Below, one piece after another: positions 10,580 through 20,402 of a DNA stretch of 64,000 bases. This DNA comes from Tagaea sp. Lineage in GTDB: Bacteria; Pseudomonadota; Alphaproteobacteria; CACIAM-22H2. The notes under the pieces are model-generated. The model saw nothing but the letters and a program-made list of their open reading frames with translations. It ran no database searches and was not told the DNA's origin. The stretch covers positions 256,001 to 320,000 of the forward strand of contig CBDIIB010000004.1 in NCBI GenBank assembly GCA_965279525.1, given 5' to 3'. Made by a program: the position numbers and the translations under genes. The stretch's first letter is position 1. Every line of letters starts with the position of its first letter.

Positions 10580-10715
10580 AATTGCGGACTCCCCCTAGGA
10601 CAGACGCGATTCCAAGGGGGAGGGATACGATACGCGCGCCCGGAAATCCAGCACCGAGCGCCATCGGCACCGCTACTCCGATGATTCCAGGCGAAAACCC
10701 GACCTTCGGGGCGAC

Positions 10716-11300
10716 CTATAGCTTTTCTGGTTGCGGCACCGTCCGCGAAGCCGGGGCAGCGCGCAATGCGGGGAGGACCGCATCGATCCCGTCGACGACT
10801 TCGTAGAACCTGCGGAACGACGGGCGCGCGTAACGCGCCGAAATGATCCCGTCGATCATCGAGATCAGGCCGTTCCAGTATCCGTCGAGGTTGACGATCA
10901 CCAGCGGCTTGTCGTGCAGGCCGAGCTGGCGCCAGGTCAGGATCTCGAACATCTCGTCGAGCGTGCCGGCACCGCCGGGCAGGACGACGAACGCGTCCGA
11001 GCGCGTGAACATCATTTCCTTGCGGACATGCATGGACCCGACGACATGCAGTTCGGTGACCTGGCCATGGCCGACTTCGGCCTTCATCAGGTGCTCCGGA
11101 ATGATGCCGACGACATGCCCGCCGCCGGCGATTGCCCCATCCGCGATGGCACCCATCAGGCCGACGCGACCGCCGCCATAGACCAGATCGATCCCGGCCG
11201 AAGCCAACTGCCCGCCGAACCGGAATGCGTCCGTCCGGTGCGACGGCTTGCCTTCGTCGGACGAGCCGCAGTAAACGCAGACCGCACGAATTTCCGTCAT
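10716..11300 (-). CDS. LOG family protein (TIGR00730-like)
   Basis: VCVYCGSS, LVYGGG..GLMG, PGGAGTLDE. Confidence 0.92.
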   Translation of the reverse strand: MTEIRAVCVYCGSSDEGKPSHRTDAFRFGGQLASAGIDLVYGGGRVGLMGAIADGAIAGGGHVVGIIPEHLMKAEVGHGQVTELHVVGSMHVRKEMMFTRSDAFVVLPGGAGTLDEMFEILTWRQLGLHDKPLVIVNLDGYWNGLISMIDGIISARYARPSFRRFYEVVDGIDAVLPALRAAPASRTVPQPEKL

Positions 11301-11468
11301 TTATTGTTACCGAAAATAAAACAGTGTATTGCCTGCATCGACATTGTTGTCCGTCTTGCCGCGTTGATCGGGTGAATGCTTAAATCGACACGAGCCGTAT
11401 CTCAAGCTCTACGGCAGCTGTCATACGTGCCTGAAGTCAACCGAGAAACCGGAAAAGGATCATCCCCT

Positions 11469-11939
11469 ATGAAGTCTTTCGTCCGCCAAGCCGCATGCGC
11501 CGTCTGCGTAGGTGCAGCGATTCTCGGCACGGCTTTCACGGCTGTCGCGCAGGCGCCGGCCGAAATTGCCCAGCGACAGGACGCGATGAAGGCGAATGGT
11601 GGTGCCATGCGGGTGCTCGCGCCGATCGTCCGCGGCGAAGCGCCCTGGAACGCGCAGGCAGCCGGTGCGGCCGCCGCAAGCGTCCGGGATGCGGCAACGC
11701 GCGCCAAGGCGCTTTTCCCGGCCGGCACGGGCCCCGACAAGGGGCAGACCGCGGCACTGCCGGCGATCTGGGAGCGCAAGGCCGAATTCGACGGCATCTT
11801 CGACCGCCAAGTCGCGGCCGCCAGCAACCTTGTCACGCTTGCCGCGGCAAACGACGAAGCCGGCTTCAAGGCGGGTTTCCCCGCACTCGGCCAGACCTGC
11901 GGCGCCTGCCACACGCCGTTCCGCCGCCCGGCGAACTGA
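11469..11939 (+). CDS. Class II cytochrome c (c'/c556)
   Basis: Signal peptide, RQDAMK, ALPAIW, C-terminal CGACH. Confidence 0.9.
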   Translation: MKSFVRQAACAVCVGAAILGTAFTAVAQAPAEIAQRQDAMKANGGAMRVLAPIVRGEAPWNAQAAGAAAASVRDAATRAKALFPAGTGPDKGQTAALPAIWERKAEFDGIFDRQVAAASNLVTLAAANDEAGFKAGFPALGQTCGACHTPFRRPAN

Positions 11940-11949
11940 GTAGCGCGAA

Positions 11950-12855
11950 GTGACGTGGTGCGCCCGCAGGGTGGCGAATTTCCGCCTTGCGGGCGCGCTC
12001 GTTCTCGCACTCGCGTTCGGTACGCCGGCAACAGCACAGGTCGGCGACATCAAGAAGGGCGAGTACATCTTCGCCGCCGGCGGTTGTGCCGGATGCCATA
12101 CCGATACGAAGAACAACGGCCAGCTGCTTGCCGGCGGACGCGAATTGAAGACGCCGTTCGGCAGCTTTTACGGCCCCAACATCACGGCGCATCCGGCCGC
12201 TGGCATCGGCAGCTGGTCCGACGCCGACTTCATCCGTGCGGTCCGTCAGGGGCGCCGCCCTGATGGCGCCCACTATTTTCCGGTGTTTCCGTATACGTCC
12301 TTCACGAAGATCGCCGACGCCGACCTCGTCGATCTCAAGGCCTATATTTTCTCGCTGCCGGTCTCCGACCGGCCCAATCGGCCGCATGACATCGGCTTCC
12401 CGTTCAATCTGCGCATGCTCCAGTTCGGCTGGAAGCTGCTGCATTTCACACCGGGCGAATTCCGGCCTGACCCGGCCAAGAGCGCGCAGGTGAACCGCGG
12501 GGCGTATCTCGCCGGGGCGCTTGGCCATTGCGCGGAATGCCACTCGCCCCGCAACCGGCTGGGCGGGCTCGATCAGGCCATGGCCTATGCCGGCGACGGC
12601 AACCCGCCGGGTGGCGGCAAGGTCCCCAACATCACGCCGGACGCCGAGACGGGAATCGGCAAATGGTCGGACGGCGAACTCGAAGACCTGCTCGGCAGCG
12701 GGATGACGCGCGACGGGGATTCCGTCGGCGGCGAGATGGGCGAGGTGGTCGCGAAATCGACATCCAAGCTTACCCCCGAGGATCGCAAGGCCATGATCGC
12801 GTATCTGCGTCAGTTGAAGCCGATTTCCAACCGGGTCCGCAGCGGCACGCCCTGA
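11950..12855 (+). CDS. Diheme cytochrome c
   Basis: CAGCH and CAECH heme motifs, PNIT motifs. Confidence 0.88.
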   Translation: MTWCARRVANFRLAGALVLALAFGTPATAQVGDIKKGEYIFAAGGCAGCHTDTKNNGQLLAGGRELKTPFGSFYGPNITAHPAAGIGSWSDADFIRAVRQGRRPDGAHYFPVFPYTSFTKIADADLVDLKAYIFSLPVSDRPNRPHDIGFPFNLRMLQFGWKLLHFTPGEFRPDPAKSAQVNRGAYLAGALGHCAECHSPRNRLGGLDQAMAYAGDGNPPGGGKVPNITPDAETGIGKWSDGELEDLLGSGMTRDGDSVGGEMGEVVAKSTSKLTPEDRKAMIAYLRQLKPISNRVRSGTP

Positions 12856-12942
12856 CGACGGCAGGGCGGAGATTGCGACCGGAGACGGGCAGGCATAGTC
12901 TGCCTTGATCGAATTCAACTCGTTTCGAGTCGTAACCCGCGC

Positions 12943-13962
12943 ATGAACCGTAATTCGCTTCTCGCCCTGGTCGGCGCGATTTTCCTCATCGTCGCGAGCG
13001 TCATCGCGTTGCGCGGCTGGCAGGCGGAAGAGACACGTCCGCCCGCCCGGACGACCGCTGCGGCGCCACCAATTTCAGCTCCACCGGTTTCCGCGCAGCC
13101 GCAGGCTCCCGTTCCCCTGCCGGTGGCACCGCCGCCTGCCGCATCGACCCCCGTGCGACCCAGTTTCGACGTGGTGCGCGTCAGTCCCTCGGGCGATGCT
13201 GTCATCGCCGGGCGTGCGGCACCCAACGCGCCGGTCACGATCTTCGATGGCGACAAGGAAATCGGTCAGGTCACCGCTGACGGTCGCGGTGAATGGGTTT
13301 TCGTGACGGTCGAACCGCTCGCTCCCGGTCCGCATGATCTGCGGCTGCGGGCACCCGGTCCGGACGGCAGTGTGCTGACCTCCGACCAGAGCGTCGCGAT
13401 GGTCGTCCCGCCACGGGGATCGATCGGTTCCGGCGGTGGTCCGCTTGCGGCCTTGCTGCCGACGGAACCAGGCCGGGCACCGAACGTGATCCAGGTTCCC
13501 GGTACGCCGATCCCCGGCCAGCGCGTCGCGATCGACGCGCTCGATTATGGCGAGAAGGGCGAAGTCGTCGTCGCCGGCCGCGCCGATCCCGGCTCCGCGG
13601 TCCGGCTTTATGTCGACAACAGGCCTGTCGCGAGCGCAACGGTCGGTCCGGATGGCCGTTGGGAAATGCGTGTGGAAGAGCTAGCACCCGGAACCTATAC
13701 GCTGCGCACTGATTTGATCGGTCCGGACGGCCGTGTCGTCGCGCGCGCGGAGACGCGTTTCCAGCGTGACACGCTGACGGCGCCGCTTCCGGGGCAACAG
13801 ATCGTCGTCGTCCAGCCGGGGAACTCGCTCTGGCGGATCGCACGCCGGGTTTATGGCGAGGGATTGCGTTTCACGACGATCTTCGAGGCCAACCGCGCCC
13901 AGATCGGCGATCCGGACCTGATCTATCCGGGCCAGGTCTTTGCCCTACCAAAGACGAACTGA
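12943..13962 (+). CDS. LysM peptidoglycan-binding protein with Ig-like domains
   Basis: PSFDVVRV, C-terminal VQPGNSLWRIA...PDLIYPGQ. Confidence 0.9.
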   Translation: MNRNSLLALVGAIFLIVASVIALRGWQAEETRPPARTTAAAPPISAPPVSAQPQAPVPLPVAPPPAASTPVRPSFDVVRVSPSGDAVIAGRAAPNAPVTIFDGDKEIGQVTADGRGEWVFVTVEPLAPGPHDLRLRAPGPDGSVLTSDQSVAMVVPPRGSIGSGGGPLAALLPTEPGRAPNVIQVPGTPIPGQRVAIDALDYGEKGEVVVAGRADPGSAVRLYVDNRPVASATVGPDGRWEMRVEELAPGTYTLRTDLIGPDGRVVARAETRFQRDTLTAPLPGQQIVVVQPGNSLWRIARRVYGEGLRFTTIFEANRAQIGDPDLIYPGQVFALPKTN

Positions 13963-14049
13963 GCCGGGCATCAGTGGCCAATTTCAGGGCGAGGCGTTAA
14001 ACTCGACCCCTGTTGTTGTATAAAAACATGAAATTTGGCGGCTAAACAT

Positions 14050-14745
14050 ATGAGTGATATGTGGAAATCTGTATCGGCACCGATGCATCGGGCGGGCGTG
14101 CCGTTCGTTGTGGGCGGGGTCGTCGCGACGTTCTTGGCGGCCTTCGCGTGGGCGCCGTTGGCCGCCGTGCTGGCGTTGGTGACGGCGTGGATGATCTATT
14201 TTTTCCGCGATCCGGACCGTGTCGTGCCGACGCGATCGGGGCTGGTGGTCAGCCCGGCCGACGGAATGGTGCAGCTCATCGTACCGGCCGTTCCACCGCC
14301 GGAACTCGAAATGGGCGACCGGCCGCTTACCCGGATTTCGGTGTTCCTCAACGTGTTCAACGTCCACGTCAACCGCGTGCCGGCCGGCGGCCGTGTCGTG
14401 CGTGCTCGTTATCGGCCGGGCCTGTTCCTCAATGCCGCCCTCGACAAGGCTTCGGACGACAACGAGCGCATGTCGGTACGGGTGGCGATGGCGGACGGAC
14501 GTGAAATCGCGTTCGTCCAGATCGCCGGTCTCGTCGCGCGTCGGATCCTCTACGACATCAAGGACGGCGACGACGTGCGCACCGGGCAGCGCTACGGCCT
14601 GATCCGTTTCGGCAGCAGGTGCGACATCTACCTGCCGGAAGGCGTCGAGCCGCTGGTGTGCATCGGCCAGACCACGATCGGCGGCGAGACGGTCATTGCC
14701 GATCTCGCTTCGAGCGAACCGCGCCGGGAAGGGGAGACACGCTGA
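14050..14745 (+). CDS. psd: Phosphatidylserine decarboxylase
   Basis: [24 protein letters not shown] autocleavage motif. Confidence 0.95.
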   Translation: MSDMWKSVSAPMHRAGVPFVVGGVVATFLAAFAWAPLAAVLALVTAWMIYFFRDPDRVVPTRSGLVVSPADGMVQLIVPAVPPPELEMGDRPLTRISVFLNVFNVHVNRVPAGGRVVRARYRPGLFLNAALDKASDDNERMSVRVAMADGREIAFVQIAGLVARRILYDIKDGDDVRTGQRYGLIRFGSRCDIYLPEGVEPLVCIGQTTIGGETVIADLASSEPRREGETR

Positions 14746-15602
14746 TGTTCGGCCGGGTGCGCAAGCGCCGCCAGCGCGACCGGGACCATCGGATCGGCGG
14801 CGGTCACATGAACCGGCTGATCCCGAACGCGATCACGGTCGGCGCGCTTTGCGCGGGCCTTTCCGGCGTGCGCTTCGCGATCGACGCGCGCTGGGAAATG
14901 GCAGTTGCCGCAATCGTGGTCGCCGCGATCCTCGACGGCCTCGACGGCCGGATGGCGCGACTGCTGAACGGGACGTCGAAATTCGGCGCTGAGCTCGACT
15001 CGCTGGCCGATTTCGTCAGCTTCGGGGCGGCACCGGCGCTCATCGTCTATCTCTGGGTGCTCAACGGTTGGGGCGGCGTGGGCTGGGTCATCGCGCTCGG
15101 CTTCGCGGTGTGTTGCGCGTTGCGCCTTGCGCGCTTCAATACGGCGCTCGCCGATCCCAATCCGCCGCGATGGGCCGGTCATTTCTTCACCGGCGTTCCC
15201 GCACCGGCCGGGGCGGGGCTGGCCTTGCTGCCGATGATGCTGCATTTCGAAGTCGGCCCGGGCTGGGTCGACAAGCCGGTCGTCGGGGCGCTGACGCTTG
15301 CCGTCGTCGCTTTCCTGATGGTCAGCCGACTGCCGACTTTCTCGGGCAAGAAAATCCATATCCCGCGTGGCTGGATGGTTCCGACACTCGTGATGGTCGG
15401 CCTGTTCTTTGCCTTTCTCGCGAGCGCACCCTGGGCCACGTTGTTGGCCCTCGGCGTCGCGTACCTTGCGGCAATCCCGGTCTCGCTCGTGTTGCAGGGC
15501 CGGATGCGGTTGGCCGAAGCTTCCGTCCAGCCGGCGGCCGCAGCGCCAGGCAAGCCGGTCTTGAGCGTGGTCGGCGACCGGGCTGGCGGGGAAGCCCCTT
15601 GA
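14745..15602 (+). CDS. pssA: CDP-diacylglycerol--serine O-phosphatidyltransferase
   Basis: PNAIT, DGLDGRMAR...FGAELDSLAD CDP-alcohol motif, RLARFN; coupled to psd. Confidence 0.93.
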   Translation: MFGRVRKRRQRDRDHRIGGGHMNRLIPNAITVGALCAGLSGVRFAIDARWEMAVAAIVVAAILDGLDGRMARLLNGTSKFGAELDSLADFVSFGAAPALIVYLWVLNGWGGVGWVIALGFAVCCALRLARFNTALADPNPPRWAGHFFTGVPAPAGAGLALLPMMLHFEVGPGWVDKPVVGALTLAVVAFLMVSRLPTFSGKKIHIPRGWMVPTLVMVGLFFAFLASAPWATLLALGVAYLAAIPVSLVLQGRMRLAEASVQPAAAAPGKPVLSVVGDRAGGEAP

Positions 15603-15759
15603 TCGGCATCACGGGCCGGTCCATTGTTGTAGGAAGATTGTGGGTTTAGACCCAAGAGATTGGAAAAGAACCGATTTTCCGGCTACTTACCAACCGTTAA
15701 CCAATCGTCTCTAAGGTATCGATTCGGGTTTCGTCGGTCGGGGTCCCAAGGAGGGCCGG

Positions 15760-16626
15760 ATGTTCGCCATTGTCGGGCTGTTGCTGGTGCTGTTTTGCGT
15801 GTTCGGCGGTTACATCATCGCCGGCGGCAAGATCGGCATCATCCTGAAAGCGCTGCCGTTCGAGTTCCTGATCATCGGCGGATCGGCAGCCGGATCGTTC
15901 CTCGTCGGCAACTCGGGCTCGGTCATCAGCCATGCGCTCAAGGATTTCGGCCGCGTGTTCAGCGGCCCGAAATACAAGCGCGAGGATTATATCGACCTGC
16001 TGTGCCTGATCTTCACGATCCTCAAGCTCGCCCGCTCGAAGGGCACGCTGGCGGTCGAGCCGCACATCGAGAAGCCCGATGAATCCAACATCTTCATGGC
16101 CTATCCGAAGGTGCTCGCGAACAAATACGCGATCGCGCTGATCTGCGACCACATGCGCATGCTGTCGATGGGTGTCGAAGACGCCCACCAGCTCGAAGAG
16201 ATCTTCAACAAGGAACTCGAGAAGCACCATCACGAGGTCATGCGTGGCGGCAACGCGCTGGCCACCACGGCCGATGCGTGCCCGGCACTCGGCATCGTCG
16301 CGGCCGTCATGGGCGTCATCAAGACCATGTCGTCGATCGACCAGCCGCCGATCATCCTCGGCGGCCTGATCGGTTCGGCGCTCGTGGGAACGTTCCTCGG
16401 CGTGCTGCTTTCCTACGGCATCATCGGCCCGATGGCCGCCCGCCTGAAGCAGGTCTACGAGGACGAATTCAAGTTCTACGAGATCATCCGCGACACGTTC
16501 GTGGCGCATCTGCAGGGCAACGCCCCGCAGATCTCGACCGAGATCGGCCGCAAGAGCGTTCCTTCGGAACTGCAGCCGACCTTCTACGAGCTGGAAGAGG
16601 CCATCGCCTCCAAGCCGGCTGCGTGA
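15760..16626 (+). CDS. motA: Flagellar motor stator protein MotA
   Basis: PALGIVAAVMG, ALVGTFLG, EIGRK..P...PTF.ELE. Confidence 0.93.
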   Translation: MFAIVGLLLVLFCVFGGYIIAGGKIGIILKALPFEFLIIGGSAAGSFLVGNSGSVISHALKDFGRVFSGPKYKREDYIDLLCLIFTILKLARSKGTLAVEPHIEKPDESNIFMAYPKVLANKYAIALICDHMRMLSMGVEDAHQLEEIFNKELEKHHHEVMRGGNALATTADACPALGIVAAVMGVIKTMSSIDQPPIILGGLIGSALVGTFLGVLLSYGIIGPMAARLKQVYEDEFKFYEIIRDTFVAHLQGNAPQISTEIGRKSVPSELQPTFYELEEAIASKPAA

Positions 16627-18479
16627 CCGACCAGATTTTCGCGTCCATCGCCACGATCGCCCGGCATGCCAATGCGGGCGCGTGGCGGGAGGCCTTGGCG
16701 CATGCGCGCGCCCTCGACCACAAGCAGGAAGCAGCCTCGCACGCCGATGCCAAGCTCGTCTGCGCGCAGGTCTATCTCGCGACCGGGTTCGTCGACGAGG
16801 CGCGGCGCACGGCCGCCGAGGCCGTGGCGCTCGCCAATGACCTGCCGGGACCCTATCTGGTGCGCGCACGGGCGGCCGCGACGGTGGGCGACGGAGAGTC
16901 GGCGATCGCCGATCTCGAGACCTGCCTGAAGCTGGCGCCGGAATCCGTCGAAGCGCGAATCGTCCACGTCGATCTGCTGCACAGGCTTGGCCGCTACGAT
17001 GCCGTCGCGGCTTCGCTCGACGCGGCCGAGCGTGCCGGCGTGCGGTCGCCGGAGCTGGCGCAGCGCCGGTCGGTCAACGCGATGGCATTCGGGGAATTCG
17101 CCCGCGCCGAACGCGAAGCCCGGGCCGCACTCGAGGGATCGAACGATCCTGCCCGTGCCCAGCAATGGCTCGGGACCGTCCTTCTCCAGGAAGGGCGGAT
17201 CGCCGAAGCGCGGGCCGCCTTCGCCGCCGCGATCGCGCTGTCGCCCGATTTCGAACAGGCCTGGACGGACGACCTGTTCGCGGCAAACTACGATCCCTCG
17301 CTGTCGGCTGAAGCACTGAAAGCCCGCTATCTCGAATGGGCCGCGCGTTTCGCGCCCGAGCAGCCACGGCTGGATTTTCCCGCACCGGCAACGCATTTGC
17401 GCCGGCTACGCGTCGGCTACGTCTCGCAGGATCTGCGAGCGCATTCCGTCCGCCATTTCCTGCGTCCGCTGGTCGAGAATCACGACGCGGCGCGGATCGA
17501 GAGTTTCGCCTATAGCTCGACCACCCAGCCCGATTCCGAGACGGCACGGTTTCGCAAGTGCTTCTCGAACTGGCGAGATGTGGCCGACCAGGACGACGCA
17601 CAGCTGGCCGAAACGATCCGCGCGGATGGCATCGACGTTCTGGTCGATCTCGGCGGCCATACGGCCGGAACGCGCCTGAAGGTTTTCGCGCGACGGCCGG
17701 CGCCCGTGCAGGTGACGTGGCTGGGCTATGGCGGCACGACGGGGCTGGGTGCGATGGACTGGTATCTGGGCGATGCCCGGATGCTGCCGCCGGGGGCCGA
17801 AACCGGGCTCGTCGAAGGCGCCTGGCGCCTGCCGCGCGCGTGCTTTGCCTACGATCCGCCGCACGAGATGCCGACCCCGGGGAAGTTGCCGGCACTGAAG
17901 CGCGGGCACGTGACGTTCGCGAGTTTCTCGCGCCTCGTGCGCATCAACGACGGCGTCATAGAGACCTGGTCGCGGATCCTGTTGCGGGTCGCGAATGCAC
18001 GGATCTTCCTCAACGCGTTGCCCTTCGTCGATGCCGATGTCCGCACCCGCATGGCGGCGCGCTTTGCCGCGCACGGGATCGCGCCGGAGCGTCTGGATCT
18101 CCGATACACGCGTCCGCAGCCGGCAACATGGTCGGCGTACCGAGAAGTCGACATCGCGCTGGACCCGTTCGTCCACAATGGCGGGGTGACGAGTTTCGAG
18201 GCGCTGTGGATGGGCGTACCGGTCGTGTCGAAGCGCGACCGGGCACCGCTTGGCCGTTACGGCGATTGCCTGCTGGGCGCGCTCGGGATGGAAGACTGGT
18301 GCTGCGACACCGTGGATGCCTATGTCGAGCGCGCGGTCGCGGCAGCAGAAGATCTCGACCGTCTTTCGGAAATCCGCGCTGGCCTGCGGACCCGAATGCG
18401 CGCCAGCGAGCTTTGCGACGGTCCCGGTCTTGCGCGGGCGGTCGAGGCTGCCTTCTTCGAGATGCGCGCGCGCGCTTGA
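16623..18479 (+). CDS. TPR-containing O-GlcNAc transferase-like protein (GT41/SPINDLY family)
   Basis: TPRs then RVGYVS.DLRAHSV, DGIDVLVDLGGHT, PAPVQVTWLGY, DIALDPF, EALWMGVPVV. Confidence 0.88.
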   Translation: MTDQIFASIATIARHANAGAWREALAHARALDHKQEAASHADAKLVCAQVYLATGFVDEARRTAAEAVALANDLPGPYLVRARAAATVGDGESAIADLETCLKLAPESVEARIVHVDLLHRLGRYDAVAASLDAAERAGVRSPELAQRRSVNAMAFGEFARAEREARAALEGSNDPARAQQWLGTVLLQEGRIAEARAAFAAAIALSPDFEQAWTDDLFAANYDPSLSAEALKARYLEWAARFAPEQPRLDFPAPATHLRRLRVGYVSQDLRAHSVRHFLRPLVENHDAARIESFAYSSTTQPDSETARFRKCFSNWRDVADQDDAQLAETIRADGIDVLVDLGGHTAGTRLKVFARRPAPVQVTWLGYGGTTGLGAMDWYLGDARMLPPGAETGLVEGAWRLPRACFAYDPPHEMPTPGKLPALKRGHVTFASFSRLVRINDGVIETWSRILLRVANARIFLNALPFVDADVRTRMAARFAAHGIAPERLDLRYTRPQPATWSAYREVDIALDPFVHNGGVTSFEALWMGVPVVSKRDRAPLGRYGDCLLGALGMEDWCCDTVDAYVERAVAAAEDLDRLSEIRAGLRTRMRASELCDGPGLARAVEAAFFEMRARA

Positions 18480-18486
18480 GCGCCGG

Positions 18487-18765
18487 TCAGCGCTTCGCGC
18501 CGGACGAGAACTTCTTGGCCGCCACGGTCTGTCCGGGGATCCATTTCTTGACGTTCTGCGGACGCGCCGGGCGCTTGCCGACGGTCGCTTCCTCGAGCTT
18601 GTCGGCAAGGCTCTTGTAGTTGTCCATCGTCAACGCCAGCAGATCCTTCTCGGCGATCCCCATCGCGATGGCGGAATCGCCTTTCATCTGCGCCTGACGC
18701 AGCAGATAGACCATCAGTTTGGCCTCGTCGGCCGTGACCTTCAGGGTATAGACGGGACCGGCCAT
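18487..18765 (-). CDS. Hypothetical protein
   Basis: Host-like codon usage, RBS-like GAGG upstream of ATG. Confidence 0.6.
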   Translation of the reverse strand: MAGPVYTLKVTADEAKLMVYLLRQAQMKGDSAIAMGIAEKDLLALTMDNYKSLADKLEEATVGKRPARPQNVKKWIPGQTVAAKKFSSGAKR

Positions 18766-18894
18766 CGTGGCCTCGCGGGGCTGGAGAAACGACTCGCTGT
18801 CGGGTCGGAATCCTAACACAGGTGACCAACGCGAGAAGCGCCACACCCGAAAGGGCTGGCGCTCGAAATACCCGATCGGCTGAAACCGTCGGTC

Positions 18895-19098
18895 TTAGGC
18901 CGAGATATCGACGTTGCTGCCGCGGCCGTTGATTGCGGCAAGCGAGTTGCCCGCGATCTGGTTGCCTTGCGACACCTGCGTCAGCACGCGCTGCTTGGTG
19001 CGGTCTGCGAAATCGGTCGTGACGTCGTTGAACGCTTCGGTCTTCGCGTTCCGGAAGTCCAGGATCGGCTGCGCCGCCTGAGAGATCGTCAATGCCAT
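18895..19098 (-). CDS. Small protein, YjfB-like C-terminus
   Basis: GGAG RBS; C-terminal GRGSNVDISA. Confidence 0.6.
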   Translation of the reverse strand: MALTISQAAQPILDFRNAKTEAFNDVTTDFADRTKQRVLTQVSQGNQIAGNSLAAINGRGSNVDISA

Positions 19099-19137
19099 CG
19101 GGATTCTCCGTGGGGTCGTTCGATCCTACAATTATAG

Positions 19138-19152
19138 TAAAAGAAAAGTTAA
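19138..19152. promoter_or_regulatory. Putative CtrA box
   Basis: TAAA-N7-TTAA, one mismatch to TTAA-N7-TTAA, in an AT-rich divergent intergenic region. Confidence 0.35.
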
Positions 19153-19253
19153 TCGTAAAGCATACACATTTTTGATGTTTTCAGCTTCTTCGGATCGGGG
19201 ATTAACGACGTTTGTTCAATGCTATAACACGGAAATTCAGCTAAAAAGAACGC

Positions 19254-20402
19254 ATGGCGATCGGACTCACCACCCAGCGCGCACGCCCGGGCGTCTTCGG
19301 CCGCCTCAAGGACGTGCCCTGGCTGCTTGTCCTGCTGATCGTGCTGCTGACGGCCGTGAGCTGCGCGATGCTCTATTCGGCCGCCGGCGGCGACTGGGAG
19401 CCGTGGGCCCAGCGCCAGGCGATCTTCGTCGGCATCGGGCTCGTCATGATGCTTGCCGCCGCCCTGGTCGACATCCGCGACTGGTTCCGCTTCGCCTATG
19501 TCGTGTACGCGTTCGGCGTGCTGCTGCTCGTCGGCGTCGAGATCGCGGGCGTGGCCGGCATGGGGGCCAAGCGGTGGCTCGATCTCGGCATCGTGCGCGT
19601 GCAGCCCTCGGAGTTCGTCAAGATCGGCGTCGTGCTCGTCGTCGCGCGCTATTTCCACGGCATGTCGCAGGAGCGCATGGCCAATCCGCTGTTCCTCGTG
19701 TGGCCGGCGGCCCTGGTGCTGGTCCCGGCGGCGCTTGTCCTCGTCCAGCCCAAGCTCGGCTCGGCCCTGCTGATCGCGTTCACCGGCATGGTCGTGTTCT
19801 TCGCGGCCGGCGTGCGGCTGTGGAAGTTCGTGCTTCTGGGTGCTTGCGTGGCGGGTGCGGTTCCGGTCGCCTGGAGTTTCCTGCACGACTACCAGAAGCG
19901 CCGCGTGCTCACCTTCGTCAATCCGGAGAGCGATCCGCTCGGGGCCGGGTACCATATCATCCAGTCGCGCATCGCCCTTGGTTCGGGCGGAATCTGGGGC
20001 AAGGGCTTCGCGCAAGGGTCCCAGAGCCAGCTGCAGTTCCTGCCCGAGAAGCAGACCGACTTCATCTTCGCGGTCCTTGCCGAGGAGTTCGGCCTTGTCG
20101 GCTCGATGTCGCTGCTGGGCGTCTATGCGGTGATCCTCGTCTTCCTGCTGGCGATCGCGGTGCGCGCGCGCAGCGTGTTCGCGCGGCTGCTCGCGACCGG
20201 CGTGGCGGCGATGTTTTTCGCCAACGTCTTCGTCAACGTGGCGATGGTCGCGGGCCTGCTGCCGGTCGTGGGCGAGCCGCTGCCGCTGCTGTCGCTTGGC
20301 GGCTCGGCGATGATCGCGAGCCTGATCGCGATGGGCCTTGCGATGAGCTGCTTCGTGGGCCGCGACCGCACGATCTCGCGCTCGGGCGAGGACGCGCCCT
20401 AG
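19254..20402 (+). CDS. rodA: Rod shape-determining SEDS protein RodA
   Basis: GAKRW, QPSEFVK, GAGYHIIQSRIALGSGG, LPEKQTDFIF, PLLSLGGS. Confidence 0.92.
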   Translation: MAIGLTTQRARPGVFGRLKDVPWLLVLLIVLLTAVSCAMLYSAAGGDWEPWAQRQAIFVGIGLVMMLAAALVDIRDWFRFAYVVYAFGVLLLVGVEIAGVAGMGAKRWLDLGIVRVQPSEFVKIGVVLVVARYFHGMSQERMANPLFLVWPAALVLVPAALVLVQPKLGSALLIAFTGMVVFFAAGVRLWKFVLLGACVAGAVPVAWSFLHDYQKRRVLTFVNPESDPLGAGYHIIQSRIALGSGGIWGKGFAQGSQSQLQFLPEKQTDFIFAVLAEEFGLVGSMSLLGVYAVILVFLLAIAVRARSVFARLLATGVAAMFFANVFVNVAMVAGLLPVVGEPLPLLSLGGSAMIASLIAMGLAMSCFVGRDRTISRSGEDAP

